From NCBI GenBank assembly GCA_038134595.1, contig JAYPVM010000001.1, positions 355,369 through 419,368 of the forward strand: 64,000 bases of DNA. The letters are read 5' to 3'. Position 1 is the first letter of the stretch. Each line of letters begins with the position of its first letter. The notes below the pieces were generated by a model. It did no database searches. It worked only from the letters and a program-made list of their open reading frames with translations, and had not been told where the DNA came from. This stretch comes from Pseudomonadota bacterium. GTDB taxonomy: Bacteria > Bdellovibrionota_C > UBA2361 > OMII01. Of this stretch, positions 30,299 to 39,570 are shown piece by piece. Position numbers and translations under genes: made by a program.

Positions 30299-30382
30299 GA
30301 TAGTAAGATCAATTCACTTTTGCAAGTAATTGAATCGTGCGGGTTGGCCGAATCCCTAGGTCCAAAGCTCCTTAGCAAGAGA
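30299..30382 (+). repeat. ~84-bp direct repeat, copy 2
   Basis: Near-identical to 29406-29490. Confidence 0.9.
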
Positions 30383-30644
30383 TGAAGAAGGCCTCGAAAT
30401 GCTTGTGCTGTCTCTCCCCGTACAGAATCTACTTGTGTCGTAAATGCACGGCGCCTGTTGATCTTATAGCTTCATAAGTTCTATCAGTATAACCAACAAG
30501 GCAAACTATAGAGCTATCGCGGTGCTCGTTGTGTTTTGATCTACTCTGAGGATTGTGAAGAAATACCGTCGAGTACTCGTTCGAAAGAGAGACGGTAATC
30601 CCCGGCATTGTCGGTAAATTTTAAGGAAGAGACGTCCAATCACG

Positions 30645-30684
30645 GAGTTTTGAGAAGTGAAGTCCAGAAGACTTCTCAAAACTC
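30645..30684. other. Perfect 14-bp inverted repeat hairpin
   Basis: GAGTTTTGAGAAGT-12 nt-ACTTCTCAAAACTC. Confidence 0.7.
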
Positions 30685-30831
30685 AGCCTGAGAAATGAAA
30701 TCATAAGCCTCGCACATAAGTGACAAATCGCTACATGCATTACAAGTAATGCGGGACACAGAATATAGATAGCGCTTTACTCACAAGTAAGTGTTCCTAA
30801 TGTAAGCGTGAATAAATAACTTTGTTTGATG

Positions 30832-30893
30832 CTATGCAACGCTTCAGATCGGAAGTCGAGCGTCTTTCATTCGGATTGTGGGAAGCGAGGGGC
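30832..30893 (+). repeat. 62-bp direct repeat, copy 2
   Basis: Overlaps the last codons and stop of ORF 30844-31089; matches 26419-26480. Confidence 0.9.
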
Positions 30894-31089
30894 CTACGAA
30901 CATGACCGCTGAATCTTCAATCTCATCGGAGTTGGCTATCTTTGAGATAAGTTCGGAGCGCGTGTTACTGAAGTGTCGGATCGTTCCGGCCATAGGTCTT
31001 GATGCTTGGTTATCCCAAATGCTATCGACAAGCTCGATCCACTGTCCTTCAAATGCTTCTTGAATTCTGCTCCAAGGGATTTTTGCCAT
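30844..31089 (-). CDS. Small hypothetical protein (81 aa)
   Basis: MAKIPWSRIQEAFEGQWIELVD...; protein-like composition, divergent from hisS. Confidence 0.6.
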   Translation of the reverse strand: MAKIPWSRIQEAFEGQWIELVDSIWDNQASRPMAGTIRHFSNTRSELISKIANSDEIEDSAVMFVGPSLPTIRMKDARLPI

Positions 31090-31380
31090 AGTGCACCAGC
31101 TCTTTTCTTGTAACTCTGTAAGTCGGGGACCGTTCGACCCTAAATTCAGCAGTAGTATACGAGGATTCGATTTCTTTGTGAAGGTAAATCGGCTTGGGAG
31201 ACATACTCTAATGAAGTATTTTTATCCATTTATTTGGCTATGTTAGTGCGTTGGAGATGCTTTGGTGATACGCTTTAGCACGAATGTTTTTAGTCTTCTT
31301 TACCCAAAACCCTCTGTTGAGGTACGTTTGAGAAGTCACCAAAGTGGTCGTAAGTATAGGAAAAAAGGAAATAGGTATCG

Positions 31381-32703
31381 ATGGCCAAGCCAACTAAGAT
31401 CTCAGGTTTTCCGGAATGGTTACCGGAGCAAAAAATCGCAGAGGATAATCTAATCGCTCGGATTAAGGCCGTGTACCATAGCCTCGGATTCATACCTATC
31501 GAAACACCGGCTGTGGAGCTCCTCACAACGCTTGGCTCAAAAGGAGTTATCGACAAGGAGATATTTGCCGTTCAGCGAGTGCACGCCCAGGAAGGAGACA
31601 AGGCAGAGCTTGGACTCCATTTTGACCTCACGGTGCCGTTAGCAAGATACGTAGCGCAGCACAGCCATAATTTAATTTTTCCATTTAAGCGTTATCAATT
31701 GCAGAAAGTTTGGCGTGGAGATAGACCGCAAAAGGGTCGCTTTAGGGAATTCCAACAGTTTGATATCGATATTATTGGTCGAAACGACCTGCCGCTTTCA
31801 TGTGACGCAGAGGTGTTATCGGCAGTTTCTTTAGTGATGAAGGAGATACCTGCCGGACCATACACAATACGAATCAACAATCGAAAGCTTCTCTCGGGCA
31901 TCTATGGAGCCCTGGGTCTTGAAGGTGAGGCAAGGAAATCTGCTGTGATAGCTGTCGATAAGCTCTTAAAGATAGGCAAAGAGGGAGTCGCTAAAGAATT
32001 AGCTGAGATACCGGGAGCAAATGAAGCGTTGATTGAATCAATTATCGCATCTACTGCGATTCAGTGTAGCCCTGATGAGTTGGCAGAGAGAGTCGCGTCG
32101 CTAGGTGTCGCTAGTGAAGAGATATCTCAAGGGATCGCCGAATTGACCTCAATTTGGGAGCTTGTTCCCCCGTTGGCGAGAGAGGGGATTGTTGTCGATT
32201 GTAGTTTGGCTCGAGGACTCGATTATTACACCGGACTCATCGTAGAAGTATCGCTCGATACGTATCCTGAGTTTGGAACCGTTCTTTCGGGAGGACGATA
32301 CGATAACTTAGCTTCAGAGTTTACCAATGAGAAATTGCCGGGTGTTGGTATATCAGTCGGATTAACCCGACTGATGGAACTTCTGTTAACTGAAGGATTA
32401 ATAGCAACTGACAAGCGTTCGACGAGTGAGATGCTTGTTACGGTATACGATGAATCACAGCGGGTAGCGTGTAATACTATTGCGTACGAACTTCGTGAGT
32501 TGGGGATAGATACTGAGGTGTATTTCAAGAGTCCAAAACTCGGAAAACAGATCGAGTACGCAGAGCAAAAAGGTATTCGGTATGTATTGTTTCTAGATGC
32601 AGAATCAGGTGAGATGCGTATCAAGGACATCGTTACCAAGCAGCAAGAAACGATACCTTCAGTGGAAGCTTGGGTTGTAAAGCGCCAGACTTCTGATGAT
32701 TAA
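31381..32703 (+). CDS. hisS: Histidine--tRNA ligase
   Basis: IETP, FDLTVPLARY, VWRGDRPQKGRFREFQQFDID, ARGLDYYTG, GGRYDNL, anticodon-binding domain. Confidence 0.96.
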   Translation: MAKPTKISGFPEWLPEQKIAEDNLIARIKAVYHSLGFIPIETPAVELLTTLGSKGVIDKEIFAVQRVHAQEGDKAELGLHFDLTVPLARYVAQHSHNLIFPFKRYQLQKVWRGDRPQKGRFREFQQFDIDIIGRNDLPLSCDAEVLSAVSLVMKEIPAGPYTIRINNRKLLSGIYGALGLEGEARKSAVIAVDKLLKIGKEGVAKELAEIPGANEALIESIIASTAIQCSPDELAERVASLGVASEEISQGIAELTSIWELVPPLAREGIVVDCSLARGLDYYTGLIVEVSLDTYPEFGTVLSGGRYDNLASEFTNEKLPGVGISVGLTRLMELLLTEGLIATDKRSTSEMLVTVYDESQRVACNTIAYELRELGIDTEVYFKSPKLGKQIEYAEQKGIRYVLFLDAESGEMRIKDIVTKQQETIPSVEAWVVKRQTSDD

Positions 32704-33100
32704 GAAACTCACCATAACAACCGATGGACAAGGCCTGCATGAGATTACCGATGCGGTGATGCGGGCAGTGCATTCATCTGATGTAAGTGAAGGGCTGTGT
32801 ACGGTCTTTGTGCGACACACCTCGGCGAGTCTTACTATTCAAGAAAACGCAGATCCATCAGCGAAGGGAGACCTCGAGGCGTGGCTTAACCGGCTTGTTC
32901 CTGAAAGAGATCAACTGTACACCCATACCAGTGAAGGTCCCGATGACATGCCGTCACATATCAAGGCGATTTTGACAGCAACCTCTCTATCAATACCCGT
33001 TTCACAGGGGATTCTTGTGCTCGGCACGTGGCAGGGTATCTATCTGTGGGAGCACAGAAAAAGAAGCCATGTGCGAGAAGTTGTCGTCCATGTCGGCTAA
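32696..33100 (+). CDS. yjbQ: YjbQ (UPF0047) family protein
   Basis: HTSASLTIQENADP, H..EGPDDMPSHIK, LGTWQGIYLWEHR. Confidence 0.92.
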   Translation: MIKKLTITTDGQGLHEITDAVMRAVHSSDVSEGLCTVFVRHTSASLTIQENADPSAKGDLEAWLNRLVPERDQLYTHTSEGPDDMPSHIKAILTATSLSIPVSQGILVLGTWQGIYLWEHRKRSHVREVVVHVG

Positions 33101-33123
33101 ATATGTTCCAATAAGAAGTAACT

Positions 33124-33711
33124 ATGACTGATACATTGGACGCAATAGATAAGATTTTACAGGAGGTGTTTTTCATTACGGGAAACGCGCATAAATTGCG
33201 TGAGGTCGAGGCTATCTTAGGTAGTATGCGGCATGTAAATCTTGATTTGCCAGAGCTTCAAGAGCTCGAACCAAGAAAAGTAGTAATCGCAAAAGCACAA
33301 GCCGCCCTCGAAAAGGGCTACTCTCCTGTTTTAATTGAAGACACCTCGCTCTCTCTGCGAGCTCTTAATGGATTGCCGGGTCCACTGATTAAATGGTTTC
33401 TTAAAGCGGTCGGTGGAGAGGGAGTTTATCACATGGCTCATTCTAAGGGAGATTGCCATGCTGAGGTGCGGACCATTTTTGGGCTCGCATTTGGACCACA
33501 AACATTTATCTACGGAGAGGGTGTTGTATTGGGCAGTGTGGTGAGCCCGCGAGGAACTGGATTCGGTTGGGATGCGATTTTTTGCCCGGAGGGAAGTGAA
33601 AAGACAATGGGAGAGATGACGCAGGAGGAAAAAACCTCGTGTAGTATGCGGACACTCGCCTTGCATGATCTTCGAGAACAGTTGGCACGGTATTACCAAA
33701 AACAGTTGTAA
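33124..33711 (+). CDS. Non-canonical purine NTP pyrophosphatase (RdgB/HAM1/ITPA family)
   Basis: FITGNAHKLREV, EDTSL, LNGLPGPLIKWF, FGWDAIF, EKTSCSMR. Confidence 0.92.
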   Translation: MTDTLDAIDKILQEVFFITGNAHKLREVEAILGSMRHVNLDLPELQELEPRKVVIAKAQAALEKGYSPVLIEDTSLSLRALNGLPGPLIKWFLKAVGGEGVYHMAHSKGDCHAEVRTIFGLAFGPQTFIYGEGVVLGSVVSPRGTGFGWDAIFCPEGSEKTMGEMTQEEKTSCSMRTLALHDLREQLARYYQKQL

Positions 33712-33718
33712 CCGCTGT

Positions 33719-34723
33719 ATGACAAAGCCCGTGATATCAAACAATATGGAGCGTGTTGCTCGCAAGCTTTTCACAGATCAAGATGCGCAAAAGAATTTCT
33801 GTGAGGCGCTGATTGCCGAAAGCTCTAAGCGTACTGCTGTTGCGTGGGTGGGTGAGGCATCTAATGCTCCTTCGTTTTCTATCGATAAGAACCAGAAGCC
33901 TCAATGGATACCGGAGTGGATAGATATCGCGGATGCCGAAGATCAACCTGGTAGATCGAGTGAACACGAGGGCGGTAAGATATATTGTTTAGATCTTTCA
34001 TCGGTCTTTGCACTTGCACCGCTATTTTCTCTTTCGGCAAATGAAGTCAAAGATGAGATAAACCTTGTCATCGACATGTGCGCAGCCCCCGGAGGAAAAG
34101 GAATAGTGTCATGGCGAAATTTCAAGCCTCAGTTAATTGTTGCCAATGAGGTTATGAACAAACGAACTGCCGCACTTATTTCAAACTATAAGCGGTGTTC
34201 GATAGCTCCTTCGATGATTACATCGTGTGATCCGGGGCTTCTTGCCTCGTTAGTATCGGCAGTAGCTGATCTGGTGATTGTCGATGCTCCATGCTCAGGG
34301 CAATCTCTACTTGTAAAAGGTATGCCTGCACCGGGGGCGTTTCACCGCGCAACTATAGCGCTTAATGAGCGGCGGCAAAGGCGAATCCTTGCAAACTCAG
34401 CGAGCTTAGTCAGACCCGGAGGATATCTTCTCTATGCAACGTGTACGTTTTCAATTGAAGAAAATGAAAAGAACATGTATTGGTTCTGTAAAACCTTTCC
34501 TGATTTTGTGACCCTGCCAGTTGATACGCTAGCTGAGTTTTCGTCCCCACACGGACGAGGGGATTCGTATCGATTGTTCCCACAGCACGGCTATGGAGCA
34601 GGGGCGTTTGCTTGTCTGCTAAAGCGATCAGGAGAGGCGGAGAGGCTGCCTATTGATGAACGGGTAGCTCAAGTTGTCTCGAGTGTCCGTGCTATGTGGA
34701 GTGCTGGGGTTGTGACAGGATAG
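33719..34723 (+). CDS. RsmB/RsmF (NOL1/NOP2) rRNA cytosine-C5 methyltransferase
   Basis: DMCAAPGGK, VANE, VDAPCSG, YATCTFSIEENE, RLFPQH..GAGAF. Confidence 0.9.
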   Translation: MTKPVISNNMERVARKLFTDQDAQKNFCEALIAESSKRTAVAWVGEASNAPSFSIDKNQKPQWIPEWIDIADAEDQPGRSSEHEGGKIYCLDLSSVFALAPLFSLSANEVKDEINLVIDMCAAPGGKGIVSWRNFKPQLIVANEVMNKRTAALISNYKRCSIAPSMITSCDPGLLASLVSAVADLVIVDAPCSGQSLLVKGMPAPGAFHRATIALNERRQRRILANSASLVRPGGYLLYATCTFSIEENEKNMYWFCKTFPDFVTLPVDTLAEFSSPHGRGDSYRLFPQHGYGAGAFACLLKRSGEAERLPIDERVAQVVSSVRAMWSAGVVTG

Positions 34724-34834
34724 GGAAGAAAAGAGAGGAGCGCCTAATTTATGGGAAGGTCTAAATACGTATCTAGGCAGTGCATCAGTGGGCATCAGTC
34801 CAGCGGCGTTAAGCCGGACATAAGAAAACCAAAT

Positions 34835-35587
34835 ATGAGAACACTTCTATCCAAGCTACCAGAGGCGATTAAAGCTGTTCTGCGGCTCACAAGACACACT
34901 ATAACGACACTACCGTACTATGGGAAAGGGAGATACTGCCCAGTGTGCAGTCGGTCATCGTCTCGATTTGAGTCGTTTGGAATAGTGCCACGTGAAGACG
35001 CTCGATGTCCTTACTGTGGCGCTCTCGAACGCCATCGTTTTGTGTGGCTTTTTTTTCAAAATAACACGGACCTCTTTGATGGTAAAATCAAGAAAATGCT
35101 TCACGTAGCACCTGAGCCATGCTTTGAATCAATTTTCAAGGATCGGTTAGGTGGTAATTACTTGACTGCTGATTTATTTAATCCCCGTGCTATGGTGAAG
35201 ATGGATATTTGCGATATTAAATATCCTGATGGGTCGTTTGATGTCATTTATTGCAGTCATGTATTGGAACATGTTTTCGACGATAAACAGGCGATGAGTG
35301 AATTTTTTCGAGTTCTGAATCAAAATGGTTGGGCGATACTAAATGTCCCGGTGGGCCGAGAAGCAACAACATTTGAGGATCCAGCAATAGTTGACCCTAA
35401 AGAGCGACTAAAGGCTTTTGGCCAGGCAGATCATGTTAGGCGTTATGGCCAAGATTATGTCGAGCGGCTTCGTGACTCAGGATTTACCGTCAAGATCATC
35501 AAAGTAGGCGACTTGATCGATAGCGATGAAGCGGTAAGAATGGGATTAACGCGAGCTAGCGGCGAGATTTATTTTTGCACAAAGTGA
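34835..35587 (+). CDS. Class I SAM-dependent methyltransferase with N-terminal CxxC pairs
   Basis: CPVC...CPYCGALERHR, LHVAPE, FDVIYCSHVLEHV.DD..AM.E..RVL, FGQADHVRRYG. Confidence 0.88.
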   Translation: MRTLLSKLPEAIKAVLRLTRHTITTLPYYGKGRYCPVCSRSSSRFESFGIVPREDARCPYCGALERHRFVWLFFQNNTDLFDGKIKKMLHVAPEPCFESIFKDRLGGNYLTADLFNPRAMVKMDICDIKYPDGSFDVIYCSHVLEHVFDDKQAMSEFFRVLNQNGWAILNVPVGREATTFEDPAIVDPKERLKAFGQADHVRRYGQDYVERLRDSGFTVKIIKVGDLIDSDEAVRMGLTRASGEIYFCTK

Positions 35588-35593
35588 CATGGC

Positions 35594-35664
35594 GGCTAAC
35601 AAGGTGTTGCACCGGACTGCAATTTCGCTGCGCTCTACTGCTGCCGGTGGGCTTCACTTTATAT
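35594..35664 (+). other. attC site (degenerate R' box)
   Basis: GGCTAAC-AAGGT-GTTGCAC-CGGA...CCG-GTGGGC-TTCAC-TTTATAT; imperfect palindrome with typical attC layout. Confidence 0.7.
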
Positions 35665-35685
35665 CGCAGATAGAGAATCAAACTA

Positions 35686-36240
35686 ATGAACTTATCAAAT
35701 CCTGAAGTAGCCGAGTGTTTTGTTTGCGAGCGACTGGGAGAACAACCTCGAAGGCTCGCACACGTTTTAAGAGTAACTGAGAAAGTAAGGGAATCAGCAA
35801 AAGTCATAGAAGAAAATCATCCTGAATTGCCCTCTAAGGCGGATTTGGCAATATGCGTTGCGTTACTTCATGACATTGGTTATGCAAAAAGCTTAGCTGT
35901 TACTGGATTTCATCCAATTGATGGCTTTAATTTTCTTAAACAGCAAGGTTTTGATGAACTTGCGCGTTTAATAGTGGGACACAGCTGTTCACCTGAAGAA
36001 GCCGAACTTAACGGCCTCGACGAAATCATTTCCAGTGACTCGCTAGAAGCAAAATTAGTGACTTATTGGGACATGCGAGTTAAGCAAGGTGGTAGGCTTG
36101 TTTCGTACGAAGAACGGCTGAATGATATTATCACAAGATACGGAGAACACAGCATTGTAAGCTAAGCAAATTTAAAGTCTCAAGGACGCTTAACGGAAGA
36201 ATTTGTTGAAGTAGAAAAGCTGTTGAAATATGACAAATAA
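35686..36240 (+). pseudogene. HD-domain phosphohydrolase with probable premature stop
   Basis: RLAHVLRV, ALLHDIGY, TGFHPIDG; TAA at 36163-36165 followed by 24 more open in-frame codons to TAA 36240. Confidence 0.6.
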
Positions 36241-36292
36241 AGTTAACGTATTTTCGCCCTTCGTGCGAAATCCGGTGCTTTAACTGTTAACC
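36228..36292 (+). other. attC site (degenerate)
   Basis: ATATGAC ... TTTCGCCCTTCGTGCGAAA hairpin ... CCGGTGCTTTAACT-GTTAACC. Confidence 0.55.
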
Positions 36293-36315
36293 GGCAAATT
36301 TAGAGAGGAGTTACT

Positions 36316-37038
36316 ATGTCAATTAAGCAAGTTTTGAGAACAGTATTTCCAAAACCAACAAGCGATGGTCTTCGACCAATACCCAATCGTCTCCCTGAAA
36401 AAGGTGTTGAAGAATTGTCTTTTTGGCGAAGCAGATTGGAAATCGACCAAGGACAATTCAAGAATTCCCATTATGAGAGACTTATGTTGGCAATGGCAGA
36501 AGAATCAAATGACAATTTTTTAAAAGGAAAGATTGTAGCTGATTTTGGCTGTGGGCCACGTGGAAGCTTGGTTTGGGCTCGTTCAGCGATTCTACGAATT
36601 GGTATTGATGTACTTGCGGATCGATATGCTGACGAGTTTTCAAGTAACATCCTATCTCATGGGATGATCTATTTGAAATCGACCGAAAAAGTAATCCCTT
36701 TGCCTTCAGAGTTTGTAGACATCCTATTTACTCTCAATGCGATAGATCACGTCGACAATTTCTCCGTAATGTGTGCTGAAATAGTGAGAGTTTTAAAACC
36801 CGGGGGGCAGTTTATAGGCAGCTTCAATTTAGAAGAACCTGCTTCGCATTGTGAACCACAACAACTTAATGAGGAATTAGTTAAAAACAATTTACTAAAC
36901 GATCTGGAAATTCAATCCTACCGCATAACGAAGCAGGGGTCAAAAGATGACTTTTATGGCCCCTTCTTCAGTGGAAGTTTATCCTATGAATCTGGTGAAC
37001 AAGGTATCCTTTGGGTAAAGGCCAGAAAACCCAGCTAA
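36316..37038 (+). CDS. Class I SAM-dependent methyltransferase
   Basis: VADFGCGPRG, IGID, NAIDHV, EIVRVLKPGG; GAGGAG RBS. Confidence 0.88.
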   Translation: MSIKQVLRTVFPKPTSDGLRPIPNRLPEKGVEELSFWRSRLEIDQGQFKNSHYERLMLAMAEESNDNFLKGKIVADFGCGPRGSLVWARSAILRIGIDVLADRYADEFSSNILSHGMIYLKSTEKVIPLPSEFVDILFTLNAIDHVDNFSVMCAEIVRVLKPGGQFIGSFNLEEPASHCEPQQLNEELVKNNLLNDLEIQSYRITKQGSKDDFYGPFFSGSLSYESGEQGILWVKARKPS

Positions 37039-37061
37039 CAAAGCGCTGTTACTGCTTCCTA

Positions 37062-37091
37062 CGACCCTAAATAGAGCTCGTTTTGGGGTCG
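37062..37091. terminator. Hairpin between convergent genes (possible terminator)
   Basis: CGACCCTAAA...TTTGGGGTCG. Confidence 0.4.
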
Positions 37092-37124
37092 ACAAGGATG
37101 GTGTTGTGGAGGTAGGCCATGAGC

Positions 37125-37970
37125 TCATTCCACGACAAAACCATCCACATTCTTTGATATGAAAGGCGGCAAATTTGGCGGTAGCGTCAATGCTTGCAAG
37201 GGAGGGGATTGTAGGCTTTTGCGGCCAATGAGGACAATTTCGATGTTTGCGCCAACGTGTTCAACAGAGATATCTCCGTGTGCAGAAAGAAGGGTGATCG
37301 AGATAGGGTTATTCTTTTGTGTTGCGATGCTAGTAACGGAGATGTCGCCCCCAGCTAAAACGAGTAGAGGCGCGTTGGCGATCAGTGAATCTGTTATTTT
37401 GATGCTTCCAGTTGATGCGATGGTTATGTATTCAGTCTCCTTAGTTGTTTCAGTAGTTAGGTTGGCAGCTTCAATATTAAATGGAAGCGTTAGGCTCTCT
37501 TTAATAAGATAGGTATCCATCAGACATGTTTGATTTGTTTTTGGAGTGGTGAATATAGTCCCTGCCGTATCAGACAGCCCGCTAGGACATCTCCCCATAT
37601 TTTGAAACATCTCCTTGTAATGGGGCGAGCCTTGGGCAAGAGCTATCGCTGGTATGGTCGTAAAGGATGTATCGATAAAAGTGCAACTAATCAATGTAGG
37701 ACCGTTACTATCTTTAGAAGGAACAGAGATACGGTGACAGCCGCTAGATACTGAGCCCGGGGTTGCCAGTGTTCTCATGATAGTATTATCGATATGAGCT
37801 GACTTATTAGTGATGTTTTTTATCTCAAGCAGAGTGTGAGTTGTGCGAACTGTTGCCAGGAGAGAGTAGCTAATGATGCACAGCGGAACAAAAAGGAGGA
37901 AGGCAAGAACCCCTGATTCTTGTTGTAACTTCGATCGATTTAACGTTTGTGTGAGAATTAAAGGCTTCAT
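37125..37970 (-). CDS. PilX/GspK-like minor pilin
   Basis: QQESG-VLAFLLFVPL prepilin-like N-terminus lacking E5; last gene of a pilin run. Confidence 0.55.
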   Translation of the reverse strand: MKPLILTQTLNRSKLQQESGVLAFLLFVPLCIISYSLLATVRTTHTLLEIKNITNKSAHIDNTIMRTLATPGSVSSGCHRISVPSKDSNGPTLISCTFIDTSFTTIPAIALAQGSPHYKEMFQNMGRCPSGLSDTAGTIFTTPKTNQTCLMDTYLIKESLTLPFNIEAANLTTETTKETEYITIASTGSIKITDSLIANAPLLVLAGGDISVTSIATQKNNPISITLLSAHGDISVEHVGANIEIVLIGRKSLQSPPLQALTLPPNLPPFISKNVDGFVVE

Positions 37971-38824
37971 TTCAGTACAAGAGAATTAATTGGATATGGC
38001 GTAAGGCGTTGGGGAATGAGAAAACTGCGTGGCGGAGCGAGACTTGGAAAGATTGTGAGAGAGTAAAAGATATCGTTGGTGTTGGTGGACTTTCTCTGTA
38101 TTAAAAATCTCCGAAGGCCAGGGGTAATTGGTTGATTCTCAGTAATATTTAGCCCCGAGTGTGAGAGTAAACGGAGATTGCCACTTCGATCGACAAAGAC
38201 TGTTTTATCGCTTTCGGTGGGATAGTATTCTAGGAATGCTTGTGGCTTACATTGCTCCTTTGGTGTCGTGATTGTGTCGATAGGATATCCGATTAGTTCA
38301 TAGCAGCTGTCGGCGACATGTGTAAGAGAGCCGCGCATCTGACAGATAGAAGAACTTCCAATCAGGAGGTGTTTTTTGAAAGCAGTCGGAGAGGGGGTTT
38401 GCGAGAGCCCGCAAATATAAGCGAGTATAAACGCATTCTGAAAGTCACTCTTTACAACCCTTCCACGAAGGGTCGGATCGATAAACGTACTTGTCAGAAT
38501 ATCAGAACCGACTCTTGGGCGAGATGTTCCATTAAGATGCGTGATAGGATGTGGGGCTCCCCAGGCGGTAATGGGATGAGCGCCTGTTGTAATTGAGACC
38601 AGGCCCGAGAGGCGCAGTCGTTCGGTCGCGTTAATCAGGGAGGCGATTACAGATTGAGCGCGAATAACAGCAATATCATCATCAGCAATGCTCTTTGTTG
38701 TCGATGTGATACGAATAGTGTTTCCACTTGTCACTGATATAAAAAGACTGGCAAGACCCATGAGGCTAAGTGAGACGATAAGCTCCATTAGGCTAAAACC
38801 TGCCTCTGTAGCGACCCTTCTCAT
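37967..38824 (-). CDS. PilW/GspJ-like minor pilin
   Basis: EAG-FSLMELIVSL N-methylation motif. Confidence 0.75.
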   Translation of the reverse strand: MRRVATEAGFSLMELIVSLSLMGLASLFISVTSGNTIRITSTTKSIADDDIAVIRAQSVIASLINATERLRLSGLVSITTGAHPITAWGAPHPITHLNGTSRPRVGSDILTSTFIDPTLRGRVVKSDFQNAFILAYICGLSQTPSPTAFKKHLLIGSSSICQMRGSLTHVADSCYELIGYPIDTITTPKEQCKPQAFLEYYPTESDKTVFVDRSGNLRLLSHSGLNITENQPITPGLRRFLIQRKSTNTNDIFYSLTIFPSLAPPRSFLIPQRLTPYPINSLVLK

Positions 38825-39081
38825 GGAAGCACCAGAAAATGGCGGTTGCCACACGAGCATTGGTGTAGTGTGGGAGAGGAGGTGCATCGTATATCCTGGC
38901 ACGCTATCGTGCTGTCATGTTTTAAAAGAGCTATCAGTCTGCCACAGACTTGTTGGGTTTTTGCCGCCGTTGCTAGTACCAGCAAAACTAATGTAATGCT
39001 TGCAATAACCTCAAAGAGAATAGCGCCCCTCTGCTTATAGAGCAGGGAGACCTCTGTTTTAATGATCCTAGCAGGAGACAC
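38821..39081 (-). CDS. Short PilV/GspI-like minor pilin
   Basis: QRG-AILFEVIASITLVLLVL; Cys-rich C-terminus; GTG start overlapping the upstream gene (uncertain). Confidence 0.6.
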   Translation of the reverse strand: MSPARIIKTEVSLLYKQRGAILFEVIASITLVLLVLATAAKTQQVCGRLIALLKHDSTIACQDIRCTSSPTLHQCSCGNRHFLVLP

Positions 39082-39517
39082 GAAATCTACCTCGTAGTGA
39101 TATAACAACTCGACATTCATGCCCCCCGCGTCGTAGTCGAATAGATTTGGGTGAAGCTGCTAGCGTGGGGTGTAGGAAGATTGAGATAGGTTCATTGCGT
39201 TGAAGTAGTACCTGTGTATTCGGAGAAAAAACAAGGTTTCCGATTGTATGACTAGATTTGGTGATAGCTTGCGCTTTAGCCGTATCCACTGAAATCACTA
39301 TTCGCTCTCTTCGGTTGAGGGCGCGTGCGTAGTATTTTTCGAAGAACAGTTTAAGTCGGCCGGCATCATGCCGAAGGAGCAGATCAGTTGTATATGCTTG
39401 GACTGATATTGATGCCGACACAATAAGTATCGAGATGATTGAGCAGACCAGAAGTGACTCTAGCAGACTAAATCCGCGTTGTGCTTCTTGATAAGAAGGA
39501 TAGAAGGGGTGGCGCAT
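39068..39517 (-). CDS. FimT/GspH-like minor pilin
   Basis: QRG-FSLLESLLV; C-terminal C.VVISLRGRFR. Confidence 0.75.
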   Translation of the reverse strand: MRHPFYPSYQEAQRGFSLLESLLVCSIISILIVSASISVQAYTTDLLLRHDAGRLKLFFEKYYARALNRRERIVISVDTAKAQAITKSSHTIGNLVFSPNTQVLLQRNEPISIFLHPTLAASPKSIRLRRGGHECRVVISLRGRFRVSC

Positions 39518-39570
39518 GTCCTCTCATTCGAGAATTCAGGAAGGAAGTTGCCTTTTAGAGGAAACATGCC

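Larger units (their letters stand above)
34808..37048 (+). mobile_element. Decayed integron cassette array with no integrase in the window (CALIN-like), three cassettes
   Basis: Co-oriented AT-richer ORFs separated by attC-like sites; GTTAAGC at 34808, attC 35594-35664, attC 36228-36292, truncated AGCTAACAAAGCGCTG at 37033. Confidence 0.7.

Noticed and set aside
34724..34807. attI site or integrase upstream of the cassettes
   Set aside because: No intI ORF and no recognisable attI structure; only the GTTAAGC core is visible
36163..36165. Recoded stop (Sec/Pyl) in the HD gene
   Set aside because: The codon is TAA, not TGA or TAG
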